Shown: positions 32,065-40,213 of the stretch, one piece after another
How the letters are laid out: every line of letters starts with the position of its first letter
Position numbering within the stretch: position 1 is the stretch's first letter
NCBI GenBank assembly: GCA_026991575.1
Contig: JALXBF010000109.1
Span: 1 to 54,247, forward strand
DNA: 54,247 bases
Reading direction: 5' to 3'
From: Planctomycetota bacterium
GTDB lineage: Bacteria > Planctomycetota > Planctomycetia > JALXBF01
Notes under the pieces: model-generated
The model's database searches: none
What the model saw: only the letters and a program-made list of their open reading frames with translations
What the model was told of the DNA's origin: nothing
Translations under genes and position numbers: made by a program

Positions 32065-32685
32065 ATGGCCGACGTAACAAACAGAGGACGGAAACGGGCA
32101 GCGCGCTCCGGGCAGGCGCCTGCGGCGCAGGATTGCACCAAAGGCAGCGACTCGTGGTTGGTGGAACGGGCGCGTAGCGGCGATGAGGATGCGTTTGCCG
32201 AGCTGGTGCGCCGCTATGAACGCCGCGTGATCAAGACGCTCTACCAGGTCGTTGGCAATCTGGAGGTCGCGCGCGACTTGGCCCAGGAGACGTTTCTCCG
32301 GGTCTATCGCTCGTTGGACCAGTTCGATACGTCGCGCCGCTTCGGCCCGTGGCTGTTCCGCGTCGCGGTGAACCTTGCTACAGACTGGATGCGCCGCGGC
32401 CGGCACCTGTCCGTCATGAACCAGGCAACGCAGCGCGGGCTGGAGCCAAGACCGGCCGTGACCCGGCCCGAAGCTGATCAGCGAGCGCTGATTCAAGAAG
32501 TGCGGCATGTTCTGATGATGTTGCCGGAGAACTACCGAATCGTACTCGTGTTACGCGAGTTGCAGGGGCTGTCCACAGCCGAGATCGCCGCCATCACGGG
32601 CAGGAAGGAAGCAACGATCCGCTGGCGGTTGGGGCAGGCACGCCAGATGTTTCGCGATCTATGGGAACAGCGTAACGGTGCATAG
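32065..32685 (+). CDS. ECF sigma factor (sigma-70 group 4)
   Basis: GDEDAFAELVRRY, DLAQETFLRVY, FGPWLFRVAVN, LRELQGLSTAEIA..TIRWRL. Confidence 0.95.
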   Translation: MADVTNRGRKRAARSGQAPAAQDCTKGSDSWLVERARSGDEDAFAELVRRYERRVIKTLYQVVGNLEVARDLAQETFLRVYRSLDQFDTSRRFGPWLFRVAVNLATDWMRRGRHLSVMNQATQRGLEPRPAVTRPEADQRALIQEVRHVLMMLPENYRIVLVLRELQGLSTAEIAAITGRKEATIRWRLGQARQMFRDLWEQRNGA

Positions 32686-32688
32686 ACC

Positions 32689-33273
32689 ATGGCCAGTTGC
32701 CGTCGCGTCCGGCACAAGCTGGCGCTGTTGGTGGGCGGAGAGCTGGAGCCAATGGAGGTGGCCGCCGTGCGGAGCCATCTGCAAGGCTGCCCTGCATGCG
32801 CGCGCGAGCTGGAGGGCCTGCGCCGGGCGCGCGAGCAGCTTGCGTCACTTGCCACCTGGGACTGGGACCAACTCGGTCCTGGCGTGCTTGACGATGTGCT
32901 GCGCCGCATCCGCGAGGAGGCTCGGCCGGCGGCCGAGAAACGTCCGCTGCTGCGCCGGCTGCTCTGGGTGCTATCAGCGGCAGCCGTTGCAGCAGCCTGC
33001 CTGGCCGTCGTCGTCAGCACCGGAGGATTGCGGCCCGACGCGGGAACGCCGTCGCACCGACCGCAACCGGCCCCCGGCTCGGTCGGCACGGAGCGGCCGC
33101 TGACGAAGCAGGCTCAGTGGCAGTCCGACCACCGCGTACGGTACCGGCTGCAGTGGGCCTCGCAAGCCGGCACACCAGGGCTGGAGCCGATGGACAGGAC
33201 CGGCGATTGCACGTACCGGTTGGACCTGGCCGACGCCGTCAGCGTCGCGCCCGTGAGCGCTCTGGAGTTCTGA
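32689..33273 (+). CDS. Zinc-binding (zf-HC2/ZAS) membrane anti-sigma factor
   Basis: HLQGCPAC (HxxxCxxC) plus one TM helix; 3 bp downstream of the ECF sigma gene. Confidence 0.88.
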   Translation: MASCRRVRHKLALLVGGELEPMEVAAVRSHLQGCPACARELEGLRRAREQLASLATWDWDQLGPGVLDDVLRRIREEARPAAEKRPLLRRLLWVLSAAAVAAACLAVVVSTGGLRPDAGTPSHRPQPAPGSVGTERPLTKQAQWQSDHRVRYRLQWASQAGTPGLEPMDRTGDCTYRLDLADAVSVAPVSALEF

Positions 33274-33420
33274 CACGTTGCGGTTGTTCCCCCCGCACGC
33301 GGGGCAAGCGTGTGATGCCGCACAGGCATTTCGGCCGTACGGGGTACGCTTCGACGACGACGCGGCGGTTGCGTCGCCGGGGACGGCTGACTCAGAGCGG
33401 AGGTCCATCGACTTCGGACT

Positions 33421-34530
33421 ATGGCCCAGCGCGTCCTGACGACAATCCTGTTACCAACCGCGGTCGCCGCACTGTTGTGGCTCGCCGACCCGGACGAACA
33501 CGACTGCAGTAGCTGCGGCGGCGTCTGGGCCGAGGTGCACGAGCGGGCCAGTCGCAGCGTGGTGACGGTCGAGTGCATCGGTCCACGGGATACCGGCTAC
33601 CAGGAAGTGCTCAGCGGGGTGGTGGTCCGTCCGGGGCTGGTTGCTACCGTGGGCCTGGTTCCGGCCAACGCCGGCCAGATGCTTTGCGTGCGCGACGCCG
33701 AGGGCCGCGATCACCCCGCTACCTGGCTCGGTCTGGACCCGCTCACTGGAGTCACCGTTCTTCGCGTCGCGGACCCTGGGCCACCGGCCATGCAAACGGC
33801 GACCGCAGACGTGCGCGTGGGGCAGCCTGTGCTGCTGGTCGGCAACGCCTACGGTCTCCGCCTGTCGGCGAAGGTGGGCTACGTCGCCGGGCGTGAGCGT
33901 ACCGTCACGATCGGTGGCATGCGACTGCACCACCTGCTGCAGTTATCCCTGCCCACTCACCCGGGCGACAGCGGCGCTGTGGTCTGCAACTGCGAAGGTG
34001 AAATGGTCGCGCTGGTTCGCTCCGGGATGGTCGACCCGGCAACCGGACACCCGGTTGAAACGATCGCGTTTGCGGTCCCGGTCCGGCATGTGCTCGCGGC
34101 GGTTGATCGTGTGCTGGCCAACCCGCGCCAGGCGGCCCAGCTTATCGGAAAGCCCGGATATGTCGGAATCGTACTGGCGGAGGACGACGGTCCGGAGCCG
34201 GGCGTGCGGATCGCTCGCGTCGTCCCCGGATCACCTGCCGATCGAGCTGGCCTACGCCGGGGCGACGTGCTGCTTGCCGTGGACAACAAGCAACTGTCGA
34301 CCGCAGATTGCCTGGCCGAGGCGCTGGCCGGTAAGCGTGCCGGCGCGGTTGTTGAGCTAACGGTTCGACGCGGTGCGCAGGTGTTCCGACGGACGCTTCG
34401 GCTGGAGCAGCGGTCGCTGCGGCCGGGCACGCCGCCGCGCAGCGTTGCGGACTTGAGTCGTCGCATTGACCGACTGGAGCAAGAGTTGCGCCGGCTCAAG
34501 GCGCAGTTGCGCCGTCAGGCTCAACCGTAG
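33421..34530 (+). CDS. HtrA/DegP-like trypsin-PDZ protein with degenerate catalytic triad and C-terminal coiled coil
   Basis: VGQPVLLVGNAYG, HPGDSGA, IAFAVP, PDZ GYVGI..GSPADRAGLRRGDV; His and Asp motifs not recognisable. Confidence 0.8.
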   Translation: MAQRVLTTILLPTAVAALLWLADPDEHDCSSCGGVWAEVHERASRSVVTVECIGPRDTGYQEVLSGVVVRPGLVATVGLVPANAGQMLCVRDAEGRDHPATWLGLDPLTGVTVLRVADPGPPAMQTATADVRVGQPVLLVGNAYGLRLSAKVGYVAGRERTVTIGGMRLHHLLQLSLPTHPGDSGAVVCNCEGEMVALVRSGMVDPATGHPVETIAFAVPVRHVLAAVDRVLANPRQAAQLIGKPGYVGIVLAEDDGPEPGVRIARVVPGSPADRAGLRRGDVLLAVDNKQLSTADCLAEALAGKRAGAVVELTVRRGAQVFRRTLRLEQRSLRPGTPPRSVADLSRRIDRLEQELRRLKAQLRRQAQP

Positions 34531-35114
34531 CGGACCGCTCAACGCGCCAAGCAGTTCTCCAGCAACATACCCCAGCGAGCTTCCGGTGCCGCGTAGCCCC
34601 GGCAAACGCAAACTGCACGTGGCGTGCCGGGGCCGGGGGCGCCGGACCAGTGGGCAGAGTGTGTTGACGTGGTTCGGGCCGAAGGGGCCCTGCGTGCGCG
34701 GCCTCCTTGCCTCACGCCCTCAGGGCGTATCACCCCGCGGGCAGTGTCGATCGAGTGCCCCCGTAGCCACGTTGCCTTTCTGTTTTGCTCCCGACACGCG
34801 GGGCCGAGAATGCCAAGTTGGCTGCGTGCCCGGGCGATCGGCAAACGAATTCCGGCCCGCCTAACGCCATGCGAAGCGTATGGATGCCGTGGCCCGCGTG
34901 GGTCGGTACGTACCGGAAACGTTGGCTGCCCCGCGGCACCATGCGTCCGGCCGTGCGTGGTCCGGAACGCGGTTGGCGCGGACTGCGGAATGTCTGAGGG
35001 GGGTTGTGGCTGCTATGCGGGGTGGGGGTATGATGCTTCAGTGGCCGCTGGCAGCGGTGCGCATGCGGTGGCCAGGGCGACGAGGCGTGCAACAGCACGG
35101 GAGGAGCGGCAGCG

Positions 35115-35804
35115 ATGGTGCAGCTACCCCCGCTGACGCGCGAACAGGTTCGTGAGATCGATCGGCGCACGATCGAGGAACTGGGGCTTCCAGGCGTGGT
35201 GCTCATGGAGAACGCAGGGCGAGGCACCGCCCTCTGGCTCCGTGAACTCGGCGTGACCGGTCCGGTGGTCATTTGCTGTGGCAAGGGCAACAATGGCGGT
35301 GATGGCATCGTCGTTGCACGCCACCTGGATGCCTGGGGAATTCCCGTGCACCTGATCTTCGTGGCGGATCCGGCCGAACTGCGCGGCGATGCCGCCATCA
35401 ACTTTACCGTCGCCGACCGCGCATCGATCCCGTGGAGTGGTCCCGACCCGGAGTTGACCAGCGACGAGACACAGGCACTGCTGCAGGAGGCCGACTGGGT
35501 GATCGACGCCCTGCTGGGGACGGGCACCCGTGGAAACTTGCGCGGTCCCATCGTTCGAGCGATCGAGAACATCAATCGCTCGCCCGCTCGAAAGCTTGCC
35601 ATCGACCTGCCCAGCGGGCTGGACTGCGATACCGGCCAACCGCTTGGCCCGGTGGTCATGGCCGACTACACGGCGACGTTTGTGGCGCTGAAGGCCGGCT
35701 TCTCAAACCCGTCCAGTCGCCGGTACACGGGTGAGGTTCGTGTGATCGATATCGGTGTGCCGCGGGTCGTGCTGGCATTCTACACCGAGGGGGGGGACCA
35801 CTAG
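35115..35804 (+). CDS. nnrE: NAD(P)H-hydrate epimerase (YjeF N-terminal domain)
   Basis: LMENAG, CGKGNNGGDG, IDALLGTG, AIDLPSGL. Confidence 0.95.
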   Translation: MVQLPPLTREQVREIDRRTIEELGLPGVVLMENAGRGTALWLRELGVTGPVVICCGKGNNGGDGIVVARHLDAWGIPVHLIFVADPAELRGDAAINFTVADRASIPWSGPDPELTSDETQALLQEADWVIDALLGTGTRGNLRGPIVRAIENINRSPARKLAIDLPSGLDCDTGQPLGPVVMADYTATFVALKAGFSNPSSRRYTGEVRVIDIGVPRVVLAFYTEGGDH

Positions 35805-36174
35805 CAGGTACTTTTCCACGCCACGTGGCCGAACGGCGCAGCGTCCGCGGCACGAGCACGAGCAGCTTCTCAGATCCAGATGCACGCCGGCGTCCCTGCT
35901 GGCCAATGGCGAGGCGTTCCGGAGGCTGTCTAGCCCGCCGATCGTTTGGATCGGCCGATTCGCATGACCCGGGACGATCGCGACCACTGAGCTTCTCATG
36001 ACTCGGAAACCAGACACGGTCGGTTTCGTGCGGTTGGGAGGGTGTGTGTGTGTGTACGCCTTTGGTCGGACGTTCGGGCGAGCGGGGGAATCGCACGGAG
36101 GGGGGGCGGCGTCAGCAGCCCGGCTGGTCGCACTCGATGCAAGCGAGGACACCATGCAGGTTGGGTACCGGTTC

Positions 36175-36204
36175 TTGACAAAGTGGACACACTTTAGCTA
36201 GATT
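36175..36204 (+). promoter_or_regulatory. sigma70 promoter TTGACA-N18-TAGATT with palindromic operator AAAGTG-GACA-CACTTT (36180-36195)
   Basis: AT-rich island in GC-rich DNA ~110 nt upstream of the NapC-like start; perfect 6-4-6 inverted repeat overlapping the -35 and spacer. Confidence 0.65.
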
Positions 36205-36311
36205 TAAGATGCCTGCCGCGGTGGCGCATCCGAGGTGCCCCGCACGACGAGAGCGTCCCTCCCACGAGATCCCGCCCACCGAAGTGGCCCTTCGTTCCAG
36301 GAGGTAAGGCC

Positions 36312-36875
36312 ATGGCGGAGACAGGCCTGCAGCCTGTTGAGCAGCCGGAGCCCTGGCCCAGGAGACGACGCACCGTGCTGGCTCTGGCCCTAGCCGGCTG
36401 CGCGGTCATCCTGGCTGCGGCGGGATGGGTGGGCAGAAGGGTGACGGAGCGGCCCGAGTTCTGTGCCGCCTGTCACGAGATGAGACCGAGCTACGAGCAA
36501 TGGGTCTGCTCCTCCCACTACCAGCCCGAGCTGGGGGTCACGGCGACCTGCCAGGATTGCCACGTGGCCCCCGGCTTCACGGGCGCGTTGCAGAGCAAGC
36601 TCAGGGGACTGGTCCATGTCTACCGGCACCTGACCGAGCCATGGGATCCGATCCGATGGGAGGCCGACCGACTTCGGCGGCAACAGGTGGCCCGCGCGCA
36701 GATCGCTAACGAGGCATGCATCCGCTGTCATAAGCCGCCCGAAATAGCGCCTGCGCTGACCACCGTCGACCACACCAAGGTGGGCCCACGCAGCCGCTGC
36801 GTCGATTGCCACCGCAACCTGATGACGGGCCGTCGTCCGGCAATCCGTCGGCTGGCACACGCAATCGGAGAGTAG
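36312..36875 (+). CDS. NapC/NirT/NrfH-family membrane-anchored tetraheme cytochrome c (quinol dehydrogenase)
   Basis: N-terminal TM; FCAACHEM (CxxCHxM), SSH..CQDCH, CIRCH, CVDCH; GGAGG RBS. Confidence 0.9.
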   Translation: MAETGLQPVEQPEPWPRRRRTVLALALAGCAVILAAAGWVGRRVTERPEFCAACHEMRPSYEQWVCSSHYQPELGVTATCQDCHVAPGFTGALQSKLRGLVHVYRHLTEPWDPIRWEADRLRRQQVARAQIANEACIRCHKPPEIAPALTTVDHTKVGPRSRCVDCHRNLMTGRRPAIRRLAHAIGE

Positions 36876-36878
36876 ACC

Positions 36879-38210
36879 ATGCTGCCGAACCGCCTCCGTC
36901 GCCGCCGCTGGAAGGCTGCCCTGGCTGGCTTCATCTTGCTGGTTCTTGCGGGGACCGTAGCGGCCCGTCTATGGCGCGGGGACATGGCGGCATCGTCGGT
37001 ATCGCCGCCGGCGCCGGCCGCTGGGCAGGCCGTCGTGCTCAAAGACGCCTACGTGCCGAAAGGGTTCACGGTCCACGAGGCTCAGGCCATCTTTGATGCG
37101 CTCGCCAGGCAGATGCCGCTGGCGGCGGATGCATTCCGCAGAAGCGCCCACTACCGCGAGGGTATGACCTGTGTGACCTGCCATCAGGAGCTGCGCTGGG
37201 ACCAGGCCAGCGGCTCGGTGGATGTCACTTCGCTGGGACGCGTTCCGCCGGAGCGGTGCGGCGAATGCCATGAGCAGGAGTACGACGGTTTCCGAAAGAG
37301 TCGACACTTCAAGGCGGTGACCGTCTTCCGGGAGGTGGTTCGCTACAAGGCGCTGGCCGGCTACCCGGCCATGCAGCAGCAGGGCTGCAATCGTTGCCAC
37401 GAACCGATCGGTCAGAGTTGTTCAGCCTGCCATCCGGCCCACCTCTTCGAGCCGCCCAGACCGCCAAAGGACGAGTTCGGCGGGTGCCAGCGGTGTCACC
37501 TGGGACCCGACCACCACCAGCTCGAATCGTACGTAGCCAGCGTGCACTACCAGGTCGCGCGCGCCCGGGGGGACGGGATCCCTAACTGCGTGTTCTGCCA
37601 CACTGCCGACGACAACAAGCACCACATCTTCCGGATCAAGGGCACCAAGGACCATGGCAGGACAGCGCTGATGGCCAAGTGCACACAGTGTCACACGGAG
37701 CAGTTCGCTCGCCGAGCATTCGAAGGCATCGACGCCATCAAACATGAAACGAACAAGGTTGTCGATGCAGCGCGGCAAATCATTCGGGATCTGTATGCCG
37801 ACGGGATCCTCAACCGCGTCTCTGGCTCACTGACCGACGAGCAGGGCCTGCCCGCTCTGAACCCAAACCTGACCGCTTACGACCAGCATGTCCATCCAAT
37901 CGAGAACTTGATGTTCCGCATGTTCAAATACGATGCCGTGGCAACGATTGCCGGTGCTCAGCACTTCAGCGCAGTACGCACGCACTGGTACGGCCACGCT
38001 CAGCTCATGGAGACTTACAACCGCATCCGGCAAATGGCGCAGGAGCTGCGGTTCATGCATGCGCTGAGCAAGAAACTGGGCGTGCCGCTGCCGTCGATTC
38101 CCGTCTACCGCTACACGCACGAGACCGGCCGCGAGCTGGACGAACCATGGCACGATCCGGTGGGCTACCGCAAGAGATTGGCGGAGTTCTACAGCGAGGT
38201 CAATGAGTGA
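36879..38210 (+). CDS. Hydroxylamine oxidoreductase (HAO)-family multiheme cytochrome c with 7 CxxCH motifs
   Basis: TM anchor; CVTCH, CGECH, CNRCH, CSACH..H.F, CQRCHLGPDHHQLESY..SVH, CVFCH, M..CTQCH; helical C-terminus with GAQH..HWYG; spacing is typical of HAO/epsilon-Hao hemes 2-8. Confidence 0.85.
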   Translation: MLPNRLRRRRWKAALAGFILLVLAGTVAARLWRGDMAASSVSPPAPAAGQAVVLKDAYVPKGFTVHEAQAIFDALARQMPLAADAFRRSAHYREGMTCVTCHQELRWDQASGSVDVTSLGRVPPERCGECHEQEYDGFRKSRHFKAVTVFREVVRYKALAGYPAMQQQGCNRCHEPIGQSCSACHPAHLFEPPRPPKDEFGGCQRCHLGPDHHQLESYVASVHYQVARARGDGIPNCVFCHTADDNKHHIFRIKGTKDHGRTALMAKCTQCHTEQFARRAFEGIDAIKHETNKVVDAARQIIRDLYADGILNRVSGSLTDEQGLPALNPNLTAYDQHVHPIENLMFRMFKYDAVATIAGAQHFSAVRTHWYGHAQLMETYNRIRQMAQELRFMHALSKKLGVPLPSIPVYRYTHETGRELDEPWHDPVGYRKRLAEFYSEVNE

Positions 38211-38286
38211 ATGGGTTACCCGGCCGACGAAAGTCGTCGCGGGCCGCGGAGCCACTGTCCTGGAGCGAATCGGGAGGAGCTGAGCC

Positions 38287-39606
38287 ATGAGTGATGCTTT
38301 CGGTGCGCTTCATCGCCGCCGTTTTCTGAAGCTATCTAGCGGCATCGCCATTGGGAGCTGGACGGCCGCAGCGGCTACCGCCGCGTCGGCTCGACCAGCT
38401 GTATCGGCTGCTGAGACGGTAACGGTCGCGATTATCGGATGCGGTATTCGAGGTGGCCATCTGCTGCGCGCGTTTCAGCGGGTGCGGGGCTGCACCGTGG
38501 CCGCTGTGTGCGATGTCCATCGCGGCCGCCTGGCCAAAGCGCGCGACGCCGCAGGCAGCAGCGTGATGGCAACCACTGACTATCGCCGCATTCTCGATCG
38601 CAAGGACATCGATGCGGTCGTGGTGGCCACGCCTGATCAATGGCACGTCCTGATAACGATCCACGCATGTCAGGCCGGCAAGGATGTCTATGTCGAGAAG
38701 CCGCTGGGTGTGACGATCGCCGAAGGACGTGCCGCCGTGCGCGCGGCCCGAAAGTACAACCGGGTCGTCCAAATCGGCACGCAGCAACGCAGCTGGCCGC
38801 ACTATGCCGAAGCGGTCGAGATCTTAAGGTCAGGCGAGCTGGGCACCATCAGCGAAGTGAAGGTGTGGGACTATGAGAACCAATACCCAGGCTTTGGGAA
38901 CCCGCCCGACGAGCCGGCACCTGCGGAACTGGACTGGGACTTCTGGCTGGGACCGTCCCCTCTGGTGCCGTACAACCGCAACCGGTATCTCCACCACTAC
39001 TGGTTCTTCGACTACGGCGGTGCCTGGCAAGTCGACTGGGCCGTCCATCACTATGACATCGTCCACTGGGCCATGGGCGTGCGGTGGCCCCGGACGGCGA
39101 CAGCCAGTGGCGGCAAACTGTGCTTTGAAGACAACCGAGAATGGCCCGACACGTTCGAAGGGATTCTCGAGTACGGACCATGTGACCTGGCACCGAAGGG
39201 GTTCGTGCTGCAGTACACGTTCCGAGGGGGCTGTCGGCGGGAGCGGCACAACCACGCCAAACTGTTCTGCGGCACCCACGGTTCAATGCTGCTGGACCGC
39301 AGCGGGTACTACATCCTGGCCGAAACGCACCGCGGACAGCGGGTGATCAAGAGCAGGGAGGTGCGGGCCAAAGAGCCGCCACGTCACCAGGAAGCGTTTC
39401 TGGAGAATGTGCGTGAGCGGAAGCGGCCGTTTGCCGACATCGAGGAAGGCCATTACGCCACGAATCCCGGGCACCTGCTGAACATCGCCTGGCGACTGGC
39501 CAGGAAGATCGTCTGGGACGGCGAAAAGGAGCAGGTCCTCGGCGATGAGGAGGCCAACGCACTGCTTGGGCGGAAGTTTCGCGCTCCGTGGGAGCTGACG
39601 ATCTGA
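38287..39606 (+). CDS. Tat-exported Gfo/Idh/MocA oxidoreductase
   Basis: HRRRFLK twin-arginine leader; IIGCGIRG; ATPDQWH; KDVYVEKP; QIGTQQRS; LDWDFWLGP; DWAVHHYD. Confidence 0.93.
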   Translation: MSDAFGALHRRRFLKLSSGIAIGSWTAAAATAASARPAVSAAETVTVAIIGCGIRGGHLLRAFQRVRGCTVAAVCDVHRGRLAKARDAAGSSVMATTDYRRILDRKDIDAVVVATPDQWHVLITIHACQAGKDVYVEKPLGVTIAEGRAAVRAARKYNRVVQIGTQQRSWPHYAEAVEILRSGELGTISEVKVWDYENQYPGFGNPPDEPAPAELDWDFWLGPSPLVPYNRNRYLHHYWFFDYGGAWQVDWAVHHYDIVHWAMGVRWPRTATASGGKLCFEDNREWPDTFEGILEYGPCDLAPKGFVLQYTFRGGCRRERHNHAKLFCGTHGSMLLDRSGYYILAETHRGQRVIKSREVRAKEPPRHQEAFLENVRERKRPFADIEEGHYATNPGHLLNIAWRLARKIVWDGEKEQVLGDEEANALLGRKFRAPWELTI

Positions 39607-40117
39607 TGCTCGGAGCTGGGAGCTGGGAAGTTGGATGGACAGGCTGCCCGAGGGGGTGAACTCGTCGGCTCTTGGAGCGTGGCTGTCAAAGGTCGTGGTT
39701 CCTTTTGTTGGTGACCCGACGGCCGGGCGCAGGACTCGGAGCCGCGGCAGTCAGTCCTACGGCCACGGGGGCTGCCTGCGACGCTGCGCGCAGGGGGACG
39801 CCGCCACGGGCGCGGCACTGGCTTCTGTTCGCCGACGGAAGTGCTGGCCCGAAGTGCCAGAGCGACCCCGATACTGCCTGCGCCGACCAGGCGAATACCC
39901 CCCACCACGGCTGCCGGGGAAGGGACGATGCCGCTCGGTGCCGCTGGTTAATGGGCCGTTGGGAGCGCGGAACCGGTGTCTTCAAGAATGCCACGGTGAG
40001 AGTGGGACAGGTGAGGGTATCCGGTTCGATCGACCCCCGGCGCAGCTCACGCGGCATGGCGGCTGTGAAAGCCGCTCGAATGGCTGGCCTGAGGAGCTGT
40101 TCTGGTTGAGCGAAGCC

Positions 40118-40144
40118 GGCGAGGGGGATTGGTCCCCCTTCGCC
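40118..40144 (-). terminator. GC-rich hairpin 70 nt downstream of the HZS-alpha-like gene (possible terminator, no U tract)
   Basis: GGCGAAGGGGGA-CCAA-TCCCCCTCGCC on the minus strand. Confidence 0.35.
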
Positions 40145-40213
40145 AGCTCGTTGCGGAGATCTGGTGGGCCGGTACGGCGCTGCGACGGCAGCCCGATCCG
40201 CGGCCTTGCCGTC

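Noticed and set aside
33281..33310. CGGTTGTTCCCCCCGCACGCGGGGCAAGCG resembles a type I-E CRISPR repeat
   Set aside because: Single copy, no spacers, no cas genes; more likely a hairpin after the anti-sigma gene
34596..34635. GGCAAAC..GCAAA inside a hairpin, reminiscent of a c-di-GMP-I riboswitch
   Set aside because: No GNRA-capped P2 or correctly spaced P3; pattern too short
36042..36055. (GT)7 microsatellite upstream of the napC-like promoter
   Set aside because: Short and 120 bp from the -35; no evidence for phase variation
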